50,196 bases of DNA from a virus, in the IMG/VR virus record IMGVR_UViG_3300006149_000020. One strand, 5' to 3'. The notes below the pieces were generated by a model, which was not told the origin of the DNA, made no database searches, and was given only the letters and a program-made list of their open reading frames with translations. Position numbers and translations under genes: made by a program. The stretch's first letter is position 1. Each line of letters opens with the position of its first letter. Below are positions 1-8,344 of the stretch, piece after piece.

Positions 1-77
1 CGATGCGCGGAAGCGGCGGTTTCTGCACTTGGATGCTGGTTGATGCAGAATACGAGCTATGTCGAGAGGCCCATGGC
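1..77. repeat. Terminal overlap copy 1 (identical to 50120..50196)
   Basis: Read directly: cgatgcgcggaagcggcggtttctgcacttggatg... occurs at both ends of the window. Confidence 0.95.
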
Positions 78-149
78 AAAATGGCTGTGTTCGAGAACTG
101 CGGAAAGACTTGGCTGGCCTACCGCCGCAAGCCGGAAGGCAACGTATGA
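1..149 (+). CDS. C-terminal part of the junction-spanning hypothetical protein (starts at 49927)
   Basis: The frame continues from the window end (codons start at nt 3): ...MRGSGGFCTWMLVDAEYELCREAHGKMAVFENCGKTWLAYRRKPEGNV. Stop TGA at 147-149. Confidence 0.5.
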   Translation, partial: MRGSGGFCTWMLVDAEYELCREAHGKMAVFENCGKTWLAYRRKPEGNV

Positions 150-313
150 GCCGAAGGAGCGGAGCTGGCCGGGGCGGGATGCAGTCCGTCGGCGTGCATC
201 CGTCCATCTATTGCCAGGTCTGCGGGAAACCTGCGGCCAGATACGAACCGGGGCGCGGATGGATGCACTTCACGAAAAAGGGCTCGGTCTGGCATAAGGA
301 GAAACCGGGCTAA
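146..313 (+). CDS. Small hypothetical protein (55 aa)
   Basis: The ATG overlaps the previous stop (ATGA), with GGAAGG upstream. Sequence MSRRSGAGRGGMQSVGVHPSIYCQVCGKPAARYEPGRGWMHFTKKGSVWHKEKPG. No family recognised. Confidence 0.35.
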   Translation: MSRRSGAGRGGMQSVGVHPSIYCQVCGKPAARYEPGRGWMHFTKKGSVWHKEKPG

Positions 314-386
314 ATTCCCAAACGTCTAGGATTTTGAAAACTACGCGAAACAGAGGGGCTGGTGCACTTGCCGTGTAGTAGATCGA

Positions 387-506
387 ATGGATGCGGACAG
401 CATCTTTTTCACGGATGGTACAGTACGCCTCCTGAAAATGTGCGGCAATGGCTGGTCGGCTTACCGCCGCAGGCCAGAAGAAGGGGACGGTGATGATCGT
501 GCCTAG
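387..506 (+). CDS. Small hypothetical protein (39 aa)
   Basis: MDADSIFFTDGTVRLLKMCGNGWSAYRRRPEEGDGDDRA. Its tail resembles the C-terminus of the junction ORF (CGKTWLAYRRKPEG). Below the ORF-track cutoff. Confidence 0.3.
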   Translation: MDADSIFFTDGTVRLLKMCGNGWSAYRRRPEEGDGDDRA

Positions 507-690
507 GCCGGAAGACCCGTACCGCAAAGGCTCGTTGATCTGGTCGGTGATGGAGGGCGACTGGGAGGACTTGACGGCCCGGCAGATCGCCGAGGTCTTG
601 GACAGTACGCCGGGTTCTGTCAGGAACTGTATCCAAAGGATCAAGCGGGAAACGGGGTATGATGTCCCGCATGTCAGGGGAGGGATGTAG
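493..690 (+). CDS. Small HTH DNA-binding protein
   Basis: Helix-turn-helix-like segment LTARQIAEVLDSTPGSVRNCIQRIKRETG. An alternative start at 448 is in frame. Confidence 0.55.
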   Translation: MIVPRPEDPYRKGSLIWSVMEGDWEDLTARQIAEVLDSTPGSVRNCIQRIKRETGYDVPHVRGGM

Positions 691-691
691 G

Positions 692-898
692 TTGGATGAG
701 TTCCCGTATCGTTTGCAAAGATTGAGGGAAAAGGAACGGAAGAGCAGGATAGTCCTGTCTCAGCTTTGTGGGCTTCCAGATACTGCGATCCAAAAATATG
801 AGCGTGGAGAAACGAAACCAAATATGGATTCGCTGATTGCGATCGCCAACTATTTCCATGTGAGTATCGATTATCTTGTTGGGAGAACAAATTATTAG
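692..898 (+). CDS. XRE-family HTH transcriptional regulator
   Basis: FPYRLQRLREKERKSRIVLSQLCGLPDTAIQKYERGETKPNMDSLIAIANYFHVSIDYLVG. TTG start 6 nt after GGGGAGGGA. In-frame ATGs at 659, 662 and 671 are alternatives. Confidence 0.75.
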   Translation: MDEFPYRLQRLREKERKSRIVLSQLCGLPDTAIQKYERGETKPNMDSLIAIANYFHVSIDYLVGRTNY

Positions 899-899
899 A

Positions 900-929
900 C
901 CTGACCTTTTTTGGTCAGTGGAGGTCAGG
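900..929 (+). terminator. Hairpin after the XRE gene
   Basis: CCTGACC-N16-GGTCAGG (or CTGACC-TTTTTT-GGTCAG) directly downstream of the stop. Confidence 0.35.
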
Positions 930-1202
930 ATATGTGATAGGATAGCATAGGTGGGAGCCCTCCATCCTCCCACCCATGCTCCTCCTCCTCTTGACCACGA
1001 AGGGGCAGCGGGTCTCGGTCCGCTGCCCCGGATGTGGGAGATGTGCCGTTCTTTGAAGCTCATATCTCTGTGTAGCGGGAAGCGGCAGGGGCTATATGCA
1101 GCGGACCGGCGCATGGACCGGGAGCTGCACTGTGAGAGGGAACGCATGGCGGGGTATGTTCCCGCAGCCTCTTCTATCACATCTTGGAAGGAGACCTCTC
1201 GA

Positions 1203-1862
1203 ATGGAAAAACTTGAGATCAAAAAAGTCCCGTTCTTGGGAACAGGACTCATGGCGGCCCGTGACGCGGACGGGCAGATCTGGGTGGGCGTCAAATGGAT
1301 GTGCAATGGCATCGGTTTATCCAGAGGACAAGCAAATGGAGAGATCGTCAAAGTCCAGAGCGATGAAGTGCTACAAGAGGGTTGCACGAAATTTCATGCA
1401 GGGGTGTTTGACCCTGCTCATGAGACGATCGCTCTCAAGCTGGACTTTGTGCCTCTCTGGTTGGCAAAGATCAGCATCACGCCCACGATGAAAGAGGAAC
1501 ACCCGGAACTGGCAGAGACATTGAAGCAATATCAGCTCAAAGCCAAAGATGTGCTGGCGGAAGCGTTCCTCCCCAGTACAGTACATGGGAGCCGGAGCAT
1601 GACCGAATACCAGAAGATCATGGCCCAGACCCGCGCCGAAAATGTACGCATCCGCAAGGCTCAGATCCTGGAGCGATTGGCGGCTCAGTACGACGGTACA
1701 TACAGGCAGGTGCTACAGGCCTACGCCACGAGGGAGCTCACTGGGGAATTCCTCCTCCCGCTTCCGGAACTGGACCTCAATGCCACTGCCGCCGCTGACA
1801 TGGAACAGCTATCTGGATATGCGGCTAAAATCCCTGGAATGGTCTTGATAGCTCTTTTGTAA
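1203..1862 (+). CDS. Phage antirepressor, P22 AR N-terminal-like domain
   Basis: GGAAGGAGA then ATG at 1203. FLGTGLMAARDADGQIWVGVKWMCNGIGLSRGQ...LDFVPLWLAKISI...YQLKAKDVLAEAF fits the P22 antirepressor N-domain pattern as I recall it. Confidence 0.6.
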   Translation: MEKLEIKKVPFLGTGLMAARDADGQIWVGVKWMCNGIGLSRGQANGEIVKVQSDEVLQEGCTKFHAGVFDPAHETIALKLDFVPLWLAKISITPTMKEEHPELAETLKQYQLKAKDVLAEAFLPSTVHGSRSMTEYQKIMAQTRAENVRIRKAQILERLAAQYDGTYRQVLQAYATRELTGEFLLPLPELDLNATAAADMEQLSGYAAKIPGMVLIALL

Positions 1863-1937
1863 TGGTACTAGAGGTTTATGCCTTGTGACCGTTGATTTTG
1901 TATGAAGAATAATAAATTTTGATTGAGAGGTGGTGGT

Positions 1938-2360
1938 ATGGCAGCAAGGCTGACGGATAAGCAAAAAAAGAAAATCCTTGCGGACTATACCGAATTAGAG
2001 AGCTATAGCGCAACAGCGAAAGTAAACGGCGTTTCAAAGGACACAGTGCGTCGATTAGTTGCGAGTTGCGCCGATTTCGCCAAGAAAGCGCAGGATAAAA
2101 AAGAGAAGAACACCGCTGATATTATTGCTTACATGGAGAATAAGCGAAATATCGTGTGTGAAATACTGGGAAAAGGGCTGGACGCCCTGAACAGCCCGGA
2201 TAAACTTGCGGATGCCAGTCCGGCGCAGATCACCACGGCGCTGGGGACTCTGATTGACAAATGGGCCATGATAGGCGGCGGTCCGAAGGACGAAGCCGAA
2301 GAGGACGATCTGAGCCGCAGCCTGCGGGAATTGGGAGAGGGGTTGGAGGGCGATGCTTGA
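1938..2360 (+). CDS. Terminase small subunit (HTH)
   Basis: Lies directly upstream of TerL. N-terminal HTH (ATAKVNGVSKDTVRRLV) and an acidic C-terminus. GAGAGGTGGTGGT precedes the ATG. Confidence 0.6.
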   Translation: MAARLTDKQKKKILADYTELESYSATAKVNGVSKDTVRRLVASCADFAKKAQDKKEKNTADIIAYMENKRNIVCEILGKGLDALNSPDKLADASPAQITTALGTLIDKWAMIGGGPKDEAEEDDLSRSLRELGEGLEGDA

Positions 2361-2793
2361 AATTGTTCCCATGAAGCTGAAAGAGGCAAATGCCTTTGTG
2401 GAGCAAAACCACCGCCACCATGGGCCTGTTGTGGGACACAAGTTTTCCATCGGTTGCTCCGATGGAGAGAAAATAGTTGGCGTTGCCATTGTGGGGCGGC
2501 CTGTTTCCCGCCATTTAGACGATGGATGGACATTGGAGGTAAATCGGCTTTGCACAGACGGGACCCACAACGCCTGTTCCATGTTATACGCCGCCGCATG
2601 GAGGGTGGCCCGTGCCATGGGATACAAAAAACTGGTGACTTACATCCTGGAGAGCGAGAACGGGACGAGCCTCCGTGCTGCCGGATGGAAATGCGTGGGA
2701 CGGGCTGGGGGACTGCGGTGGACCGGGAAGCGCAGGCCAGAGGTAGACCTTTATCCGGCACAAATGAAAATAAGATTTGAAGTTACCACATGA
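2353..2793 (+). CDS. GNAT-fold-like protein of the family that recurs next to phage terminases (XF1762-type)
   Basis: Overlaps both the TerS stop and the TerL start. Motifs EQNHRHHGP, VGVAIVGRP, NACSMLYAAA, TYILESENGTSLRAAGW. Confidence 0.5.
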   Translation: MLEIVPMKLKEANAFVEQNHRHHGPVVGHKFSIGCSDGEKIVGVAIVGRPVSRHLDDGWTLEVNRLCTDGTHNACSMLYAAAWRVARAMGYKKLVTYILESENGTSLRAAGWKCVGRAGGLRWTGKRRPEVDLYPAQMKIRFEVTT

Positions 2794-4013
2794 TTTCAGC
2801 AAAGCAAAAGAAAATCCTCGCCTTCCCCTACAGCCCCTACGATGCCCTGATCTGCGACGGCGCGGTCCGGTCCGGCAAAACCTCCATTGAGGTGGTGGCA
2901 TTCATCGACTGGGCCATGCGGGAGTTTTCCGGCCAGCGGTTCGGCATCTGCGGCAAGACCGTGGGCAGCGCGACTGAGAACATGGTCATTCCCTACATAT
3001 CCCGCAGTTACGCCAAGAAACGTTATACGCTCCACTGGCGGCGTTCGCAGAAGATTCTGGAGGTTCGCCGGGGCCCCAGAGTGAATTACTTCGAGGTGTT
3101 CGGCGGACGGGACGAATCCAGCTTCGCTCTGATTCAGGGCCGGACGTTGGCGGGGGTACTGCTGGACGAAGTAGTCCTTATGCCGGAGAGCTTTGTCAAT
3201 CAGGCACTGGCCCGGTGTAGCGTGGACGGCGCGAGAATCTGGTTTTCCTGCAATCCCGGAAACCCGTCCCACTGGTTCAAAGAGGAGTGGATCGACAAGC
3301 GGGAGGAGCACAATGCTCTTTATCTCCACTTCGAGATGACCGACAACCCCAGCCTGAGCGATAAGACGCTTGCCCGTTATCAGTCCATGTATTCCGGTGT
3401 GTTTTATGACCGGTATATCCGGGGGCTGTGGGTAGCTGCCGAGGGCCTGGTGTATCCCATGTTCAGCGAAGAGGAACACGTGATGGACGAGATACCCTGG
3501 CAAGCCCTCCAGCGGGGGAGATGGTACATCTCGGTAGATTATGGTACAGTGAACCCGACCTCGGCGGGGCTTTGGTGCCTGTGGCGGGGGACGGCGTATC
3601 GCGCCGGCGAATATTACTATGACAGTAGGAAGCCTGGGAACCATCAGCGCACGGATGAAGAGCATTATACAGGTCTTGAGGAGCTGGCTGGAGACAAGAA
3701 GATAGATCGGATCGTCGTGGACCCATCCGCTGCCAGCTTCAAGGAGACGATCCGGAGGCACGGGAGGTTCGCCGTGTGGGACGCAGACAACAGCGTCGTG
3801 GATGGCATCCGGTTGACGGCTTCGCTGCTGCAGGCCGGACGGATCCTGATCCACAGGGACTGCAAGGGCCTGCTGTCGGAGATCGCCGCATACCGCTGGG
3901 ACACGGAAGCGTCGATGGATACGGTGATAAAAGAAGCGGATCACGCCTGTGACGACATGCGGTACTTCTGCTCCACTATCATGGCGCGGGAAGTGCGGTC
4001 TGCGGGCATATGA
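2790..4013 (+). CDS. terL: Terminase large subunit (PBSX-like)
   Basis: Walker A CDGAVRSGKTS and Walker B VLLDEV. The C-terminal nuclease region contains VVDPSAASF and DHACDDMRY. Confidence 0.9.
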   Translation: MISAKQKKILAFPYSPYDALICDGAVRSGKTSIEVVAFIDWAMREFSGQRFGICGKTVGSATENMVIPYISRSYAKKRYTLHWRRSQKILEVRRGPRVNYFEVFGGRDESSFALIQGRTLAGVLLDEVVLMPESFVNQALARCSVDGARIWFSCNPGNPSHWFKEEWIDKREEHNALYLHFEMTDNPSLSDKTLARYQSMYSGVFYDRYIRGLWVAAEGLVYPMFSEEEHVMDEIPWQALQRGRWYISVDYGTVNPTSAGLWCLWRGTAYRAGEYYYDSRKPGNHQRTDEEHYTGLEELAGDKKIDRIVVDPSAASFKETIRRHGRFAVWDADNSVVDGIRLTASLLQAGRILIHRDCKGLLSEIAAYRWDTEASMDTVIKEADHACDDMRYFCSTIMAREVRSAGI

Positions 4014-4029
4014 CAAAGATATTTCGATG

Positions 4030-4054
4030 GGCCATCAAAAAAGAGGAGGATATC
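4030..4054 (+). repeat. Leader repeat copy 1 (GGCCATCAAAAAAGAGGAGGATATC)
   Basis: Nearly identical to 4825..4848. Each copy supplies the RBS of a Bro-N gene. Confidence 0.8.
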
Positions 4055-4058
4055 TAGC

Positions 4059-4817
4059 ATGAACGAACTGAAGATCTTTGAAGACGAGCGATTTGGGACC
4101 ATCCGAGCCATCGTGGAAGATGGTAAGACACTGTTCTGTGGGTCCGACGCGACAAAAGCGTTGGGCTACAAGAATTCGAGTAAAGCTCTGACAGACCATT
4201 GTAAGGGTGTAACGAAACGTTATATCCATACTCCCGGCGGAAATCAGGAAATGAATTTTATCCCCGAGGGCGATATCTACCGCTTGGCTGCCAAGTCTGA
4301 GCTGCCGGGGGCGGAGGAGTTCGAGATCTGGATCTTTGATGAAGTCCTTCCCTCCATCCGCCGCAACGGCGGATACATCTATAGGCAGGAGAACATGACT
4401 CCAGAGGAGTTGATGGCAAAAGCGCTGATGGTGGCGCAAAAGACTCTGGCTGACCGTGAGGCCCGCATCTCGGCACTGGAGATCGCCAACTCCGCCCTGA
4501 CAGTGGAGACGCAGGTCATGAAGCCCAAAGCGGACTACTTCGATGAACTGGTTGATCGGAACCTGCTGACCAATTTCCGGGAGACGGCGAAGCAGTTGGA
4601 GGTCAGGGAGCGGGACTTCATCCAGTTCCTGCTCAACAAGAAGTACATCTACCGGGACAAGCGTGGCAAGCTGATGCCCTATGCCCAGCATGTGGATAGC
4701 GGCCTGTTCGAGGTCAAGGAGTGCTTCAACGAAAAGACCCAGTGGAGCGGCACCCAGACGATGGTGACGCCCAAGGGGCGGGAGACCTTCCGGCTGCTGT
4801 TCGTCGGGGCGGCGTGA
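4059..4817 (+). CDS. Antirepressor, Bro-N plus KilAC-like C-terminal domain
   Basis: Bro-N: MNELKIFEDERFGTIRAIVEDGKTLFCGSDATKALGY...IPEGDIYRLAAKSELPGAEEFEIWIFDEVLPSIRRNG. The C-terminal half resembles KilAC. Confidence 0.85.
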   Translation: MNELKIFEDERFGTIRAIVEDGKTLFCGSDATKALGYKNSSKALTDHCKGVTKRYIHTPGGNQEMNFIPEGDIYRLAAKSELPGAEEFEIWIFDEVLPSIRRNGGYIYRQENMTPEELMAKALMVAQKTLADREARISALEIANSALTVETQVMKPKADYFDELVDRNLLTNFRETAKQLEVRERDFIQFLLNKKYIYRDKRGKLMPYAQHVDSGLFEVKECFNEKTQWSGTQTMVTPKGRETFRLLFVGAA

Positions 4818-4824
4818 ATGGCTC

Positions 4825-4848
4825 GGCCATCAAAAAGAGGAGGATATC
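4825..4848 (+). repeat. Leader repeat copy 2
   Basis: GGCCATCAAAAAGAGGAGGATATC. It differs from copy 1 by one A. Confidence 0.8.
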
Positions 4849-4852
4849 CATC

Positions 4853-5476
4853 ATGAATGAACTGATGATTTTCAACGATCCCGAGTTTGGGACTGTCCGC
4901 GCTGTGGAGATCGACGGAGAACCGTGGATGGTCGGCAAGGATGTGGCTGCGGCGCTGGGGTACAGCAACTCCCGCGACGCGCTGGCAGTCCATATCGATG
5001 AAGAGGACAAAGCTACCGTCGCGATTCACGACGGTAGCCAAAACCGAAACATGACCGTCATCAACGAGAGCGGCCTGTATTCGCTGGTGCTGTCCAGCAA
5101 GCTCCCTGGCGCGAAGAAGTTCCGCCGGTGGGTGACGGGCACCGTCCTCCCGGCGATCCGTAAGACCGGCTCGTACAGCGCCAGCGTCCTGACGGACGGC
5201 ACGAAGGCCGCGCTTGCCGAAGCCAAGGCGAAGAACGCCCGGGCCCGTGTGGCTTCCATGTGGATGAAGCTGGCCAAGGAAAACCCCATCCCAGAGTACA
5301 AGGCGATCTGTGCCCATTATGCCAGCGCGGAGCTGACCGGCGGGCAAGCGGTGCTCCCTCTCCCCGAGGCGACGGAGCGTACATACAGTGCCGCCGAGGT
5401 CGGAGAGCTGCTGGATGGCATAAGCGCCGATATAGTGGGGCGCATGGCGAACCAGGCCCCCGCGATCTTGATATGA
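4853..5476 (+). CDS. Bro-N domain protein (antirepressor-like)
   Basis: MNELMIFNDPEFGTVRAVEIDGEPWMVGKDVAAALGY...INESGLYSLVLSSKLPGAKKFRRWVTGTVLPAIRKTG. Confidence 0.8.
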   Translation: MNELMIFNDPEFGTVRAVEIDGEPWMVGKDVAAALGYSNSRDALAVHIDEEDKATVAIHDGSQNRNMTVINESGLYSLVLSSKLPGAKKFRRWVTGTVLPAIRKTGSYSASVLTDGTKAALAEAKAKNARARVASMWMKLAKENPIPEYKAICAHYASAELTGGQAVLPLPEATERTYSAAEVGELLDGISADIVGRMANQAPAILI

Positions 5477-5512
5477 GGCGGGGGAGATATCGCATCCAAG
5501 AGAGGGAGATAC

Positions 5513-6925
5513 ATGGGCATCATCGAATGGGCGCTGAACAAGTTCGGCTACACGAAACAGGATAGAGTGACGATCCCTGCCGGGACCATCGAGAAGGAGT
5601 TCAGTGTGCTCCCTGCCGCCTCCCGGAAGATGGAGGACGCTATCGACCTCTGGTATTCCATGTATATCGACCACCCTCCCTGGGAGAGCTGCGATGTGCG
5701 GCCGCTGGGATTGCCGGGGGCCATCGGTCGGGAGCTGGCCCGTCATGCGTTGACGGAGTTCTCTGTGGCCGTGTCCGGCAGCGAAAGGGCGAAGTACATC
5801 GACCGGCAGATGCAACTGGCGGTGGCAAGGTTCGGGATCGATCTGGAGCTGGGCCTCTGCCTGGGCGGGGTGTGCCTCAAGCCGTACCCGGAAGATGGCC
5901 GCATCTTGGTGGACGCTTTCACCACGCGCTTCACGCCGACCCGCTTCGATGGGGCCGGCAAGGCGATAGGCGGCGTGTTTGAGAGCAAACCTGTGCGCCA
6001 GGGGAAAGACTGGTTCGTCAAGCTGGAGCACCACGACTTCCAGATACGCGAGGATGGCAGCAAGGTCTACGTGGTGGAAAACAAAGCATTCCGCAGCGGA
6101 CGGGACGGCGGCATCGGTGCTCAGGTCCCTCTCGATGCTATAAAGGAATGGGCAGGACTGGAGGAGCATAAGGAGATCGAAGGTCTGACCGGCCCGCTGT
6201 TCTCCTATTTCAAGCCGCCGATAGCCAATCGGGTGGAGCCCGATTCGCCTATGGGGGTCTCCGTGTATTCCGGAGCGGTGATGGACCTCATCCGGGAAGC
6301 GGACCTTCAGTGGGAGCGTATCTGGTGGGAGTTCAAGAGCGGGGAGCGGAAGATCTTCTCAGATGCCACGCAGATCGATGCAGGACAGATCGGAGACCGG
6401 CTTTTCCTGAAAGGCGCTTTTACCAGCGACGGGAATCTGTTCGAGCAGTTCAGCCCAGAGCTGCGGAACGCTGCACTATATGACGGGCTCCAATATATCC
6501 TGAAGATCGTCGAGTTCAATGTGGGGCTCGCTTTCGGAACGATCTCCGACCCGCAGTCCGTCAACAAGACGGCCACCGAGGAGATCATGACCAAACACCG
6601 GCAGTACGTGACGGAGGACTGCATCCAGGAAACGTTCCAGGCGGCATTGGACGATCTGATCTACGCTATGGACGCGTGGTGCGACCTGGCGCAGCTTGCT
6701 CCAGCGGGGGAGTACAGCGTGGGATACAACTGGGGCGACGGGGTCCTGGACGATCCTGAGACCAGGCGGCAGGACATGGCGATGGATATGCAGCGGGTGG
6801 CTGCTGGACTGATGAAGCCGGTCGCCTTCGTCATGAAGTGGGACGGCGTGGACGAAGAGACCGCCCGGAAGATGCTACCGGATATGGAAGATATGACGGA
6901 CGAGGAACAGGACGAGGTGGAGTAA
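5513..6925 (+). CDS. Portal protein
   Basis: 470 aa, positioned after the terminase and before the minor capsid gene. Acidic C-terminal tail. Confidence 0.8.
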   Translation: MGIIEWALNKFGYTKQDRVTIPAGTIEKEFSVLPAASRKMEDAIDLWYSMYIDHPPWESCDVRPLGLPGAIGRELARHALTEFSVAVSGSERAKYIDRQMQLAVARFGIDLELGLCLGGVCLKPYPEDGRILVDAFTTRFTPTRFDGAGKAIGGVFESKPVRQGKDWFVKLEHHDFQIREDGSKVYVVENKAFRSGRDGGIGAQVPLDAIKEWAGLEEHKEIEGLTGPLFSYFKPPIANRVEPDSPMGVSVYSGAVMDLIREADLQWERIWWEFKSGERKIFSDATQIDAGQIGDRLFLKGAFTSDGNLFEQFSPELRNAALYDGLQYILKIVEFNVGLAFGTISDPQSVNKTATEEIMTKHRQYVTEDCIQETFQAALDDLIYAMDAWCDLAQLAPAGEYSVGYNWGDGVLDDPETRRQDMAMDMQRVAAGLMKPVAFVMKWDGVDEETARKMLPDMEDMTDEEQDEVE

Positions 6926-7753
6926 ATGCCGCGCTATCCGTTCAGCCCGGAGATATTGGATGCCCTCCCCGAAGAGCTGGCGGAGCTGTTCCGGGGCCTG
7001 GAGCTGAAGCTGCTGGAGGAGATCTGCTCCAGGCTTCGTCTGGCCGGCGAGCTGAACGAGGTCACGGTCCAGGACGTCCGGGCCCTGCGCTCCCACGGCG
7101 TGGATCTGGAGGACATCAAGAGGGCCATCTCCAAGACGACCGGCGTCGGCATGGACAAGCTGGAGGCCCTGTTGGACGATGTAGTGGCGCGTAACCAAAG
7201 ATACTACACATCGATGATCGATATCGCGCAGGTGACCTTTCCGCAGAGGCTGGTGGACGAACGGGATATCGACGCCATCCGGCGACAGACTGTCGATGGA
7301 TTCACCAACCTCACCCGGTCCATGGGGTTCCTGGTACGGGACGGACGGCACAAGGTCATGCTTCCGCCAGCAAAGGCGTACCAGTGGGCCCTGGACAGCG
7401 CGGAGCTCCAGATCATGTCCGGCGCGATCAGCTACGACCAGGCCATCGGCGAGGCCGTGCGGCAGTTGGCGAAGAGCGGGCTGTGCGTGGCGTTCGATAA
7501 AAATGGAGCCCCGGTCAGGAACGCGGTCAAGTACGAGCGCGGAGGCATCCAACAGCTTGACGTTTGCATTCGCCGCGCGGTGATGACCGGCGTGAACCAG
7601 CTCAACCAGAAGTACCGGGAGCAGTCCATGGACTACCTGGAGACGGATCTGCTGGAAGTGACGGCCCACCTGGGGGCGCGGAACATAGACGGGCCAAACG
7701 GCTGGGAGAACCATGCAAAATGGCAAGGGAAGGTGTACCGATGGAAAAAATAA
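6926..7753 (+). CDS. Minor capsid protein (Phage_min_cap2 / SPP1 gp7-like), N-terminal fragment
   Basis: Ends ...AHLGARNIDGPNGWENHAKWQGKVYRWKK. Homologues as I recall them continue into a YPDF...GG.NCRH segment, which here is encoded at 8345. Confidence 0.7.
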   Translation: MPRYPFSPEILDALPEELAELFRGLELKLLEEICSRLRLAGELNEVTVQDVRALRSHGVDLEDIKRAISKTTGVGMDKLEALLDDVVARNQRYYTSMIDIAQVTFPQRLVDERDIDAIRRQTVDGFTNLTRSMGFLVRDGRHKVMLPPAKAYQWALDSAELQIMSGAISYDQAIGEAVRQLAKSGLCVAFDKNGAPVRNAVKYERGGIQQLDVCIRRAVMTGVNQLNQKYREQSMDYLETDLLEVTAHLGARNIDGPNGWENHAKWQGKVYRWKK

Positions 7754-7926
7754 AAATTAAGCTGAGAGAATGTTGCTTGACCTGTGAACACTTTGACCCA
7801 TCCGGCATTAAGGGATTGAGTATGTACTACGCTCCGCCTTGCGGTTGTGGGGAGATAGAACGTGTGATTGCTTGCGGACATATGGCTGTTTGCAAGATGT
7901 ATCTGGAAAGCACGGGGAAGGAGTAG
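7741..7926 (+). CDS. Cys-rich small protein (61 aa) inside the minor-capsid insert
   Basis: GGGAAGGTG then ATG. MEKIKIKLRECCLTCEHFDPSGIKGLSMYYAPPCGCGEIERVIACGHMAVCKMY. Local GC is low. Confidence 0.45.
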   Translation: MEKIKIKLRECCLTCEHFDPSGIKGLSMYYAPPCGCGEIERVIACGHMAVCKMYLESTGKE

Positions 7927-7928
7927 GG

Positions 7929-8330
7929 ATGGGACTTTGTGCAACAGCTAAAGGATTGACCGCAGAAACAGAATTTAACTGCGGGTATTTGACATACGGA
8001 CTGTTTCTCCGAAATTTGGCGCGTACTTACAATGAGGAAATCGGGGAAATGTTCGAGAGTATGTGCGCCGGGAATCGATTGACTGAAGAACAAGAGAACA
8101 GGTGGAATGAAATCTGCAATGACGATTTGGATTTGCTACTTTTTCACTCCGATTGTGATGGAAAATTTACCCCGCAAGAGTGCCGACGGATTTACAATGC
8201 AATAAAAGACCTTTACATGGATATGCAAGGCCACAATTACATTGTGATGAAACCGTACAATATGCTCGAACACTGGAAAAGTATCTTTTTGCACTGTGCA
8301 AAAAGGCGGGTAACATTATTCTATTACTGA
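7929..8330 (+). CDS. Hypothetical protein (133 aa) inside the minor-capsid insert
   Basis: GGAAGGAG then ATG. ...LLLFHSDCDGKFTPQECRRIYNAIKDLYMDMQG... No family recognised. Low GC. Confidence 0.5.
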   Translation: MGLCATAKGLTAETEFNCGYLTYGLFLRNLARTYNEEIGEMFESMCAGNRLTEEQENRWNEICNDDLDLLLFHSDCDGKFTPQECRRIYNAIKDLYMDMQGHNYIVMKPYNMLEHWKSIFLHCAKRRVTLFYY

Positions 8331-8344
8331 CAGGAGGTGATGCA

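Noticed and set aside
951-1202. N-terminal 84-aa extension of the antirepressor ORF
   Set aside because: It has Pro/Arg/His-rich low-information composition and no RBS at 951, whereas GGAAGGAGA precedes the ATG at 1203, where family similarity begins.
4679-6169. Long antisense ORFs (also 10203..11474, 24228..25562, 31713..32660, 47232..48638, 2796..4016)
   Set aside because: They lie opposite genes with clear family motifs, have Arg/Gly/Pro/His-rich shadow-ORF composition typical of high-GC DNA, and lack RBSs.
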